Shown here in pieces: positions 18,926 to 27,123 of a stretch of DNA of 64,000 nucleotides. The notes below the pieces were generated by a model. That model searched no databases and was not told the DNA's origin. It saw only the letters and a list, made by a program, of their open reading frames with translations. The DNA comes from an uncultured Candidatus Saccharibacteria bacterium (GTDB taxonomy: Bacteria > Patescibacteriota > Saccharimonadia > Saccharimonadales > UBA4665): NCBI GenBank assembly GCA_964484675.1, contig CAZAFC010000001.1, forward strand, positions 2,826 to 66,825, in the 5' to 3' direction. The translations under genes were made by a program, and so were the position numbers. The number at the start of each line of letters is the position of its first letter. Position 1 is the stretch's first letter.

Positions 18926-19333
18926 TTACGCGGCCGAAACTTCGTCAAACAAAGGTTGGTACCGTGTAATGAGGTCCACGAATGTTACGATGCCTTCGGC
19001 GGCAACTTTTCGTCGTTCATCTAAGACGGAGTCATACTTAGCGGCAAGCTCTTCGTTGCGAGTAATATTCGCTTCGGTCGTTGGCGGCAATCCGTCAGTA
19101 GATGACTCTGCAACAATTACTTCAACCTCTTCGCCGCGGTATTGGCGAGCCGCTATGAGGTTATGTCCGTCAATGGCGACTAAATTTCCTTCATCGTCTT
19201 TTCGCACGAGCGGAGTTGGCGGCAAATCTTCAGTATTGCCGTCACGAAGACAAGAGAAGATAAACTTTACGGTGCGTTCTTTTAGGAAATCTTGTGATGG
19301 GGCGATCTTTTCAGGTGATATAGATATAAGCAT
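18926..19333 (-). CDS. ParB/sulfiredoxin-like N-terminal domain protein
   Basis: 135 aa with LVAIDGHNLIAA resembling the ParB-like nuclease DGHHR box. Low GC. ATG lies 6 nt after TGATATAAT. Confidence 0.55.
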   Translation of the reverse strand: MLISISPEKIAPSQDFLKERTVKFIFSCLRDGNTEDLPPTPLVRKDDEGNLVAIDGHNLIAARQYRGEEVEVIVAESSTDGLPPTTEANITRNEELAAKYDSVLDERRKVAAEGIVTFVDLITRYQPLFDEVSAA

Positions 19334-19339
19334 AGAGCA

Positions 19340-19369
19340 ATTATATCAGGGATCGAGAGGACTTGAACC
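19340..19369 (-). promoter_or_regulatory. tRNA-Leu T-arm-like box plus extended -10 (TGATATAAT), module copy L1
   Basis: 19354-19369 is identical over 16 nt to tRNA-Leu(GAG) 19455-19470. TGATATAAT is the reverse complement of 19340-19348, and 6 nt separate it from ATG 19333. Confidence 0.45.
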
Positions 19370-19390
19370 AATGTATCAGATACGAAATTT

Positions 19391-19433
19391 AGATCAAACA
19401 AAAGTGCCCCGGATGTGAAGCACTTTCGTATCT
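19391..19433 (-). terminator. Conserved hairpin/T-tract element, copy A
   Basis: The reverse complement AGATACGAAAGTGCTTCACATCCGGGGCACTTTTGTTTGATCT lies immediately 3' of tRNA-Leu(GAG). Confidence 0.6.
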
Positions 19434-19445
19434 ATAATTCTATCT

Positions 19446-19532
19446 TGGTGCGGACGAGAGGACTTGAACCTCCACAGCCTTGCGGCCACTACCACCTCAA
19501 AGTAGCGCGTCTACCAATTCCGCCACGTCCGC
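19446..19532 (-). tRNA. tRNA-Leu (anticodon GAG), long variable arm, CCA encoded
   Basis: The reverse complement GCGGACGTGGCGGAATTGGTAGACGCGCTACTTTGAGGTGGTAGTGGCCGCAAGGCTGTGGAGGTTCAAGTCCTCTCGTCCGCACCA has anticodon loop TTGAGGT. Confidence 0.95.
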
Positions 19533-19824
19533 ATGAGATAACCCATGTATGATACGATTTTTTGGCGGAAAACTCAAGCGATTCTTATCCTAATGTAGCG
19601 GAGAAAAACCGGCAACATACATTACGAGGACAAAATAATCGGGACAAGAGCGGCTATGTTTATGATTTTGAACTACATCAAACAGATTCCCCAGCTTTTA
19701 TGGAACTGTATGCTACAGAGAGATTCCTGTCAGACTCAAAATCGGTAGCTCACATTAGGTCGATTTGCGTGCGCCGCAAGACTGCAATGGCCGCAAAAAA
19801 TAGGCAGCTTTGGAGCCGCCGGCG

Positions 19825-20673
19825 CTAGGCCGTGTGCTGGCGCATGAAGGCTAGGTCTTGATCGATGAGCTGCTGCCAGGAAGTGATCTCGCCGGCAGCC
19901 AGCTGATTGTAGACCTGCTCGGAGTAGGCGCGCACTTCGGCCTCATGCGTGGCAAGCACGGCGCGGGCAGCTGGCAGCGGGTATTGGTGTGTATCGAGCA
20001 GCTTGATCTGATCACCCTGGAAACCAGCTATCTTCGGGATGTCAAATTCTGGCTCGTCGTGCGGGTTCACGCCTTGGATTTCGCGCCACAATTGGTGGCC
20101 CATGTAGGGCCCGATTGGCGCGTAAAGCACGCCCAGATCGCCCGACGCAACACTGTATGCAACCTGCTGCGCCTCCTTGGATGGATACTCCATGGTGGTG
20201 GCCTTTTGGCCGACAAGCCGGCCGCTTTCAAATGTCGGCTCCGTGCCGATAATCGCTAAGCTGCCGATCGTAGCAGTTGCTTCAGAAAAACCTGCGCGTC
20301 GCAACTTTTCGGCAAGCCACGCAGCGCTTTCGGCCTCATCAATGCCGCGCCCCTTTCGCTGCACAAGGTCGTGCGCGTTGCCCGCTGCTTTAGTAAGCCG
20401 TACAACCGCGGGTGAAAAACCGCTCGCCTCTGCCACACCTCCACCGTCCCTACCAACTTGCCGGCCGTGGTAGCCATTGTGATATGCCATATCGCTGGCA
20501 GGCAACGCGCCGCCAGCAAAATTCGGGTAGCCATCGCTGTAGCGTGTGTCAACTATTTCGAGCGCAGCGCAGCCGATGGCTCCCAAGGCACCTGCTTGCT
20601 CTTCTGAAAATCGAAATGGCAAGATCAATCCATGCTCTTTCGATTCCCCATTTCCTACCAAATGTTCAGTCAT
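19825..20673 (-). CDS. Hypothetical protein, possible HD-type metal-dependent hydrolase
   Basis: The 511-aa ORF is truncated to the internal ATG at 20673 (MTEHLVGNG..., GGAG 7 nt upstream) because its first ~228 codons overlap the TrmB-like gene. Contains H..YHGRQ and NAHDL motifs. Confidence 0.6.
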   Translation of the reverse strand: MTEHLVGNGESKEHGLILPFRFSEEQAGALGAIGCAALEIVDTRYSDGYPNFAGGALPASDMAYHNGYHGRQVGRDGGGVAEASGFSPAVVRLTKAAGNAHDLVQRKGRGIDEAESAAWLAEKLRRAGFSEATATIGSLAIIGTEPTFESGRLVGQKATTMEYPSKEAQQVAYSVASGDLGVLYAPIGPYMGHQLWREIQGVNPHDEPEFDIPKIAGFQGDQIKLLDTHQYPLPAARAVLATHEAEVRAYSEQVYNQLAAGEITSWQQLIDQDLAFMRQHTA

Positions 20674-20784
20674 CTTCTCACTCCTGTGCATTATCTTAAA
20701 TGTCGCGACGTTCACTAGAGTATCAAGCAACTGAACATCTGAATATCTGTTGCGCAGAAAGTGCACAACTGATACAAATAGCCT

Positions 20785-21600
20785 ATGCCGCTCGACACAA
20801 AAATCATCCGCGCTTACTTTGCCAAGCTTGGCCTCGAAGCGGAAATCGCCGACATCTACGCCGCGCTGCACACCTTTGGGCCGCAGCAAATTTCCGAGCT
20901 GGCGCGCCGTTCCGGAGTTGAGCGAACGCGCATTTATCGGCTCATCGACGCGCTCAAAGCCAGCGGTCTTGTTGAGATTGAAACGCACAACAAGTATAGC
21001 GTGTTTCGCGCCAGCCCGATCGGCAATCTGCAAATTCTGATCAGCAAAAAAGAGCAAGAAGTGCACGAGCTGCAGTCCGGGTTGGACGAGCTGCGGCTCG
21101 CGTTCGATCAATCGTCGCTCGTGTCGGCGACGACGCGCGTACAATTGTTTGAGGGGATTGACGGCATCAAGCAGATGTTGTGGAATCAGACAAAAAGCCG
21201 CGGCGAAAATATGTCGATTCTCTACGAAAACATTCAGAGCCGCACTAAGCTGGCGTTTTTTGAGCGCTGGGCGCGGGCGTGCAACGAAGCCAACCTCACA
21301 TTTCGCAGCATAGTCAGTGATCATTTTATTGAGTCGCAGCGCGATTGGTATGGCGGGCATAACAACGAGCGACTCGCGTCATGGCGCGCCCGCTACGTCG
21401 CCGCGACAACGTTTCCTATCCGGCATTCGACGGTGATTTATGACAACGTGACGGCTCATTATAATTGGAAGAACGGCGAAGTCTTTGGCCTGGAAATTAC
21501 CAATCAGGAGATTGCTGATTCGCAGCGTGCTTTTTTTGAAATGCTGTGGCAGCAAGGTGTCGACATGCATGACCTGAAAGATCTCGGCGCTGGCGCGTAG
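20785..21600 (+). CDS. TrmB-family HTH transcriptional regulator
   Basis: The N-terminus LGLEAEIADIYAALHTFGPQQISELARRSGVERTRIYRLIDALKASGLV is a typical TrmB winged helix. TGATACAAA lies 6 nt before the ATG. Confidence 0.75.
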   Translation: MPLDTKIIRAYFAKLGLEAEIADIYAALHTFGPQQISELARRSGVERTRIYRLIDALKASGLVEIETHNKYSVFRASPIGNLQILISKKEQEVHELQSGLDELRLAFDQSSLVSATTRVQLFEGIDGIKQMLWNQTKSRGENMSILYENIQSRTKLAFFERWARACNEANLTFRSIVSDHFIESQRDWYGGHNNERLASWRARYVAATTFPIRHSTVIYDNVTAHYNWKNGEVFGLEITNQEIADSQRAFFEMLWQQGVDMHDLKDLGAGA

Positions 21601-21737
21601 TCGTGCGCCGAGTATAACCCATATTTGCAATACCTGCACCCTTATGGCAATATACTGGTGTGTTCAGTCGTTGAACATGCTCCATTTCGTCTCGTCGCCC
21701 GCTTTGTCCGGCGACCTGTCAGTAGTAGGGGGTTCGT

Positions 21738-22454
21738 ATGAAGGAGCTCAGCCTTTGTCTGGCGCAAATCCGTTGGTTCGACACGAAAAGAGGATTCGGT
21801 TTCGCGGACATCATCGAAAGCTCACCACCCATCGACCCGCCACACCAAACGATTTTCTTCCACGCCACCGGCCACCGGCTCGCAGTCGGCGCGGACTGGC
21901 AAAGCGTGTGTTTTTCGGGTCTCACGAAAGATCCGAAAAACCTGCTGTTTGATCCACCCCTTGATCTGACTCCTGGGGCAGAGATCATTGCCGTGGCGGG
22001 CCCGGATGATCGCGGCTTCAAGGCCATCCAGTGGGGGCAGCTGGCAGCCGTTCCGGCACTCAGGGCTACCTTCGCGCAAGGGTGGGGGCCGCAAGATTCT
22101 CCCGCAGAAGTCAAGATCGTGATGCTCAGGGCATCGAGCACGCGCAAACGCTCTACTCCGCCCCTGGTCAGCGGGGAGCTGGATAGCCTTGACGTAACCG
22201 ACGAGGGTGACTTCCACCTGAGCCTTACCCGCTTCTGGCAGGTTTCCACTCCGCTGAGCCTAAACTTCAGGCTCTGGCCTGATCAGCGGGCCAGGTTCAT
22301 CTGTCCGGCAGCCAATATCCGGCCCGTACCGCGTTCTGCGAACGCCACTACCTGGCGCATCATGGTTAAGCCACCAAGCGCGCCGCCGCTCACCCAGGAC
22401 ATCGCGTGCATCATCATCAAGCCGTTGGTCGAGCGCGCCGCCCCAGAGGCATAA
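21738..22454 (+). CDS. Cold-shock-domain-like N-terminus fused to a ~170-aa unknown domain
   Basis: AGGGGG SD. The N-terminus QIRWFDTKRGFGFADI matches the CSD RNP-1-like motif (G.VKWFN..KGFGFI). The remainder is unrecognised. Confidence 0.6.
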   Translation: MKELSLCLAQIRWFDTKRGFGFADIIESSPPIDPPHQTIFFHATGHRLAVGADWQSVCFSGLTKDPKNLLFDPPLDLTPGAEIIAVAGPDDRGFKAIQWGQLAAVPALRATFAQGWGPQDSPAEVKIVMLRASSTRKRSTPPLVSGELDSLDVTDEGDFHLSLTRFWQVSTPLSLNFRLWPDQRARFICPAANIRPVPRSANATTWRIMVKPPSAPPLTQDIACIIIKPLVERAAPEA

Positions 22455-22465
22455 GAACAGACGGA

Positions 22466-22535
22466 GCGCCCGCGGCGCGCTGTGATACTTGATGCGAACT
22501 TTGCATCATATCGAGCGCGCCGCCGGCTATTTTTA
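22466..22535 (+). terminator. Rho-independent terminator (compound hairpin)
   Basis: GCGGCGCGCT (22472-22481) pairs with AGCGCGCCGC (22514-22523), with an inner TGATGC/GCATCA stem, followed by TATTTTT. Confidence 0.5.
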
Positions 22536-22620
22536 GTTACTCTTTAAGGGCGAACAAGCAACTAGGATATCCTTGAGACGTGAGGGTGATTATCTACTTT
22601 GAAATTTTAGCCGTGCGCTG

Positions 22621-24258
22621 CTATGACGTCGGCGCATGATCGTACAGGTGATCCATTGAATACGTTGAACGCACGAGCGGCTTGATGTCGCCCAGGCCAA
22701 CATTTATTTTGACGCCAGGATTCAGCGTCTCGTATGGATCAAAAATCTGCTTCGTTTTTTGGAATAGCGCATACATCGGCGCACCATACATTTTTTCGAG
22801 ATAGGGCGCACGCAGCCGCCCGTCGTTGTGCTCACCGCTGGTGCTGCCGCCGAGTCCAATTACCAAATCATAATACTCGTCGATCAGTCGAAACGCCTTC
22901 TGCCGGTCGCCCACTTGCGACAGATCAAGAAACGGCTGCATGTGCAGATTAGCATCGCCGGCATGTCCCCACACCGCCGCGTGCAGCTTGTGCCGCGCGA
23001 ACAGCTCATATACGCCACTCAAATATTGGCTGAATTTCTCGATCGGCACCACGCCGTCCTCGATGATGGGCAGAGCCTTGAGATTACCCTCGGTGTGCGA
23101 CACCACCACAGCCGAGGCATGCCGAATCCGCCACAGCTGCTCTTGCTTTTCGGCGTCTTCTTCAATCTCAAAATGCACAGCGTGCTGCTCGAGAATCTTG
23201 CTGGCTTTTTTGAGTAGTTTTTTCTGGGTGCGTTCGTTGGCATCATCAAATTCGATGAGCATCACCACGCGCGGAAACGGCTTGGACACCGCGTCTTTGA
23301 GCAAGTTCGGATTCACGCGTTCCACGAGGTCGAGCAGCTGATCGTCAACCATCTCGACGGCGCTCGGCGACTCCGGCAACGCCCGCAAAGCCTGCACGGC
23401 CAGCTGCGCCTTTTGGATGTCATCGAACTGTGCCATCATGAGCGCCGGGGTCGGATTGAACGGCTCGGTCGCCAAAATAACTTCGGTGACAATGCCGAGC
23501 GTGCCCTGCGAGCCGACAAATAATGGTGTCAGGTCGAACGAACCATCGGGCATTTTGACGTCGCGCAGATCGTAGCCGGCGGAGTTTTTAGTGACATTTT
23601 GCTGCATGGAATCGAGCGTTTTCGCGTGCTCCTCGAGCAGCACGTCCACAGCGCGGTAGATTTCGCCCTCAAAGGTCGCGAGGCCAAGCTTTTTGTTCAG
23701 CTCGCGCTTGTTGAGCCGCCCGGTCTCGATCACTTCGCCGTTGGCAAGCACGACACGCAGGCCACGCACATAGTCGCGCATGCAACCGTATTTGACACTC
23801 TTTTCGCCCGCGGCGTTGTTGGCCACGGCGCCACCGATGGTCGAATATTCTATCGAGGATGGAAACGGCGGAATAAACCGCCCGTGAGTGTGCAGCGCTT
23901 GCTGCACTTTGCCAAAATTCGCTCCCGGCTCCACGCGCACCAGCCCACTTTTGTCGTCGAACTCGAGCATGTGGTGCATGTGCGCGGGGAACGCCAGCAT
24001 GATGCCGCTGCCGAGCGCGCCGCCGGCTTGGTCAGTGCCCGCACCGCGCGCCGTCACTGGCACAATGCGCCCGCGTTCGGCCAGCTGCCAGGTAAAACGC
24101 AGCGCCTTGCGCACGTCACTCTCGGTGCGTGGATACACGACAATCGCCGGCGTCAACGCAAAAATACTGCCGTCAGTCGAGAAATAGCGCCGCGCGTCGG
24201 CGCTCGTGATTACCTCACCCGACAAATGTTCCTGTAAATAATGCGCAACTTTGCTCAT
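22621..24258 (-). CDS. FAD-binding oxidoreductase (GlcD / D-lactate dehydrogenase-like)
   Basis: FAD_binding_4-type N-terminus (VTARGAGTDQAGGALG) and FAD-oxidase C-terminal blocks (GGSTSGEHNDGRLR). Start moved to MSKVAHY (24258). Confidence 0.85.
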   Translation of the reverse strand: MSKVAHYLQEHLSGEVITSADARRYFSTDGSIFALTPAIVVYPRTESDVRKALRFTWQLAERGRIVPVTARGAGTDQAGGALGSGIMLAFPAHMHHMLEFDDKSGLVRVEPGANFGKVQQALHTHGRFIPPFPSSIEYSTIGGAVANNAAGEKSVKYGCMRDYVRGLRVVLANGEVIETGRLNKRELNKKLGLATFEGEIYRAVDVLLEEHAKTLDSMQQNVTKNSAGYDLRDVKMPDGSFDLTPLFVGSQGTLGIVTEVILATEPFNPTPALMMAQFDDIQKAQLAVQALRALPESPSAVEMVDDQLLDLVERVNPNLLKDAVSKPFPRVVMLIEFDDANERTQKKLLKKASKILEQHAVHFEIEEDAEKQEQLWRIRHASAVVVSHTEGNLKALPIIEDGVVPIEKFSQYLSGVYELFARHKLHAAVWGHAGDANLHMQPFLDLSQVGDRQKAFRLIDEYYDLVIGLGGSTSGEHNDGRLRAPYLEKMYGAPMYALFQKTKQIFDPYETLNPGVKINVGLGDIKPLVRSTYSMDHLYDHAPTS

Positions 24259-24365
24259 ATCCTGCCTGTGGTTTATCGTCAATGCTAGCAGTAGCATAGC
24301 ACATTTTGCACGTTGCTTATGGCTATTTTTGCAAGTTTTTTATTGAAACAGAGCGCCTTGGAGTA

Positions 24366-24404
24366 GGTGCTCGAGAAGTTTTCGGTGAGATCTTCTCGAG
24401 CACC
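24366..24404. other. Perfect 13-bp stem-loop of unknown role
   Basis: GGTGCTCGAGAAG (24366-24378) pairs with CTTCTCGAGCACC (24392-24404) around a 13-nt loop. It sits in the divergent region between the FAD oxidase gene and tRNA-Leu(CAG). Confidence 0.4.
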
Positions 24405-24489
24405 AAACGCACACTTACAGTAAGTCGCCTCGTCACAATTTCGTCGCCAAGTCCGTGAGGCATATTATCTTGGGGGACGCGCCAAGCGC

Positions 24490-24518
24490 TTGTTTTTCGC
24501 GCGACTCTCGAGTACAAT
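24490..24518 (+). promoter_or_regulatory. Candidate promoter of tRNA-Leu(CAG)
   Basis: TTGTTT (24490-24495), 17-nt spacer, TACAAT (24513-24518), about 50 nt upstream of the tRNA. Confidence 0.35.
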
Positions 24519-24567
24519 GCCAGTATCGCTTCGGATGAGTGAGCTCTAGCTCCACGTCCAAGCATCT

Positions 24568-24654
24568 GCCGCAGTGGTGAAATTGGTATACACGCTAGTT
24601 TCAGGTACTAGTGAGCGCGAGCTCGTGGAGGTTCAAGTCCTCTCTGCGGCACCA
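24568..24654 (+). tRNA. tRNA-Leu (anticodon CAG), long variable arm, CCA encoded
   Basis: GCCGCAGTGGTGAAATTGGTATACACGCTAGTTTCAGGTACTAGTGAGCGCGAGCTCGTGGAGGTTCAAGTCCTCTCTGCGGCACCA has anticodon loop TTCAGGT. Confidence 0.95.
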
Positions 24655-24665
24655 TAGTAGAAATA

Positions 24666-24706
24666 CAGATACGAAAGTGTTCCACGAATGGAGCACTTTT
24701 TGTTTG
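24666..24706 (+). terminator. Conserved hairpin/T-tract element, copy B
   Basis: CAGATACGAAAGTGTTCCACGAATGGAGCACTTTTTGTTTG lies 12 nt after tRNA-Leu(CAG). Confidence 0.65.
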
Positions 24707-24731
24707 CATTGAATTTCTAATCTGTTTCATA

Positions 24732-24755
24732 GTTTCAAGTCCTCTTTGATATGAT
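24732..24755 (+). promoter_or_regulatory. T-arm-like box plus extended -10 (TGATATGAT), module copy L2
   Basis: GTTTCAAGTCCTCT shares 12 identical nt with tRNA positions 24632-24643. TGATATGAT lies at 24747-24755, with 6 nt to ATG 24762. Confidence 0.4.
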
Positions 24756-24761
24756 GTTTTA

Positions 24762-25529
24762 ATGACACCTCCCCATGAGTATGATTCGTTTGCTGAAAAG
24801 CGTGCCCAGGAGTTCGCTAGCGGTAAGAATCTTGTCCATGCATATATTGAAAAGCCAGCAATGTATGCGCTGCTACCTAATCTTGAGGATAAAACGGTCC
24901 TATGTATAGGCTGTGGTACCGGTGAAGAATGCGTAGAGTTAAAGAGCCGTGGCGCACAAGTTACTGGTGTCGATATCTCCTCAACCTCAATCGATTACGC
25001 TAGTCATCATGTACTAGGCGTAGACTTCAAGTGTCTCGACATGGATAGCTCTACGGATATATTGGCGCTAGGGGAAGGCAGCTTCGACATTATTTATTCC
25101 AGTCTAACGTTGCACTACAGTAATGACCTCGATGCCTTATTAAGGAACTTGAGCACATTACTGACCCCTAATGGCCTGTTACTATTCTCGGTCGGTCATC
25201 CGATACGCTGGGCAGCAAAAGTAAAGGAAGAGGACGGTGTTAAGTCTGTAGTCATGGGATACAGCCAAGGGCATGCCGGTAGGGAAATATTTGGTGATTA
25301 TTTATCGACTAAGCAATTTACACAAAAACTATCGGATGGCCCTGAAGTTACGTACTGGATGAGGCCCATATCAGCCTATCTTGAACTACTCAAGGAAAAT
25401 GGCTACGACTTGCTTAAATTCATCGAGCCGTCTCCGGTCACAGCTGTCCGGCAGATCGACGAAAACTTCTGGAATTTGCGTACAAAAATCCCTGTCGATA
25501 TGATTTTTCTAGCTCAAGGTCAAGATTAG
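24762..25529 (+). CDS. Class I SAM-dependent methyltransferase
   Basis: Motif I VLCIGCGTGEE, post-I GVDIS, and IIYSSLTLHY. Clearly lower GC than the flanks. Confidence 0.85.
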   Translation: MTPPHEYDSFAEKRAQEFASGKNLVHAYIEKPAMYALLPNLEDKTVLCIGCGTGEECVELKSRGAQVTGVDISSTSIDYASHHVLGVDFKCLDMDSSTDILALGEGSFDIIYSSLTLHYSNDLDALLRNLSTLLTPNGLLLFSVGHPIRWAAKVKEEDGVKSVVMGYSQGHAGREIFGDYLSTKQFTQKLSDGPEVTYWMRPISAYLELLKENGYDLLKFIEPSPVTAVRQIDENFWNLRTKIPVDMIFLAQGQD

Positions 25530-25756
25530 TTAACTTTTTGCACACTGGATAAAGACTGACTTCGATTTAGTTTCAGGCTTTCACTACAAATGACATCGAC
25601 TCTGCTCGATCTCAGGTTCGGCGATATGCATCTCACCGCTATAGTAAACCCAGCCTAGGTCAGTTAGCTTTTCGTGCATCAAAGTTAAGCTAAGCTCAAG
25701 AGTGTTCCACGACAGGTCAATGTGGTGCACCAAGAGTTGATTACAAAGATCTGATC

Positions 25757-25798
25757 GAGATATGAAAGTGCTTCATATGTGGAGTGCTTTTTGTTTAC
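25757..25798 (+). terminator. Conserved hairpin/T-tract element, copy C
   Basis: GAGATATGAAAGTGCTTCATATGTGGAGTGCTTTTTGTTTAC, with compensatory and wobble changes relative to copy B. A degenerate partial copy (AGTGTTCCACGA) lies at about 25701-25712. Confidence 0.6.
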
Positions 25799-25826
25799 AG
25801 GCGCATTTTGCTTATTTATTGTATGA

Positions 25827-25854
25827 GTTCGGGCCCTCACCGGTTTGATATACT
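25827..25854 (+). promoter_or_regulatory. Degenerate box plus extended -10 (TGATATACT), module copy L3
   Basis: GTTCGGGCCCTC (25827-25838), TGATATACT (25846-25854), then 6 nt to ATG 25861. Confidence 0.35.
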
Positions 25855-25860
25855 GAGGTC

Positions 25861-27024
25861 ATGAGCAAGTTTGCTGATGTTACGGCCAAGTTGTATGTCT
25901 TTTCGTTTTTTGATGATTTCATTCTGATTTATCCGCTTTATACGCTGATGTTTGCTGATACGGGCTTGAAGCCGACCAAGATCGCCAGCCTTTTGGTCGC
26001 CTGGTCTTTGACGGCTTTTCTGCTCGAGATACCGGCGGGCGCGATTGCAGACAAATACCCGCGGCGACAGGTGTTGCTGGCCGGCATTGCTGCGCGGGCA
26101 GCAGGGTATCTTTTTTGGATTTTGATGCCGAACTATGCTGGGTTTCTGATTGGGTTTATTCTGTGGGGGATAAAGAGCGCTTTGACTTCGGGAACGGTAG
26201 AGGCACTGGCCTATGATGAGTTGGTGCGGCTCGAGAAATTGCCGTCGTATGCTCGCCTAACTGGGCGAATGGGCGCCATCGGGATTTTCGGCACGGTGGC
26301 AGCGAGTTTTGGGGCGAGCTTGCTGGCGCACCGTGGCTATGCTCTCGTACTGTGGCTGAGTATTGCCGCTATTTTGGTGTCTGGGGCGGCGATTTACTCA
26401 TTGCCAAAAGTAAAGATTGCCAAGGAAACGGCCGAAGCCGGCTATCTGCCATTCCTCAAGGATGGCTTGCGGGCAGTCACGCGCAGGCCAATCGTACTGT
26501 ATATCGTATTGTTCATGAGCGTGGTGGCTGGCCTCGGCGCGATTGACGAATATTTCAATCTGTTCTTGCGCGAAAAAGGTCTGACTAACGCGGCGGTTGC
26601 TTTTTGGCTGGGCGTCATCAATTTGTTTGCAGCAGCCGGAAGTTTGCTAGCACATAAGCTGGAGGGCAAAAAGATCGCCGCCAATGCAGCGCTGTTCGGC
26701 TGGGCGACCTTGCTGCTAGCGACCAGCATATCGCCTAAAATGCTGGCAGCGATGCTTCTAGGGATGTACGCGATGTTCTTCTCGGCAGTTGGCGTGTTAT
26801 TTAACGCGCATTTGCAAAAACATATCAGCGACAAGACACGAGCTACAACGACATCGGTGGGCGGTTTTGGCTCTGAATTGTTTGCCATGCTGAGCTTTGC
26901 GATCGTTGGTTTTGGCGCGAACAGATCGGGCTATGCCCTCAGCTTTAAGCTTATTGCCGTGAGCGTGATAGCCATTGCCGCGTTTCTGACCGTCTACAGC
27001 CGCAGGCACAAACTGGTTATGTAG
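25861..27024 (+). CDS. MFS transporter
   Basis: 387 aa with about 12 TM helices and the loop motif GAIADKYPRRQV (MFS motif A-like). Confidence 0.85.
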   Translation: MSKFADVTAKLYVFSFFDDFILIYPLYTLMFADTGLKPTKIASLLVAWSLTAFLLEIPAGAIADKYPRRQVLLAGIAARAAGYLFWILMPNYAGFLIGFILWGIKSALTSGTVEALAYDELVRLEKLPSYARLTGRMGAIGIFGTVAASFGASLLAHRGYALVLWLSIAAILVSGAAIYSLPKVKIAKETAEAGYLPFLKDGLRAVTRRPIVLYIVLFMSVVAGLGAIDEYFNLFLREKGLTNAAVAFWLGVINLFAAAGSLLAHKLEGKKIAANAALFGWATLLLATSISPKMLAAMLLGMYAMFFSAVGVLFNAHLQKHISDKTRATTTSVGGFGSELFAMLSFAIVGFGANRSGYALSFKLIAVSVIAIAAFLTVYSRRHKLVM

Positions 27025-27123
27025 CCTTCAGCACCAAACCGGATTTGTGCTCATGTTTCATCCAACCAGAATCAGGCGAGGCTCTATGATGCCTACCGCG
27101 GACGGCTACTATTCTTGGTTTTG

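Noticed and set aside
19354-19369. Interpreting the tRNA T-arm-like boxes strictly as attL/attR of an integrase-borne island
   Set aside because: No integrase or excisionase is present. The boxes sit about 80 nt from the intact tRNAs rather than at the far end of the cargo, and they form part of a module also found once away from any tRNA (25827-25838). I kept this as one of two hypotheses, not as a mobile-element call.
20674-21360. N-terminal 228 codons of the 511-aa minus-strand ORF 19825-21360
   Set aside because: This part overlaps the well-supported TrmB-like gene on the plus strand. An internal ATG at 20673 has a GGAG SD and begins the protein-like part.
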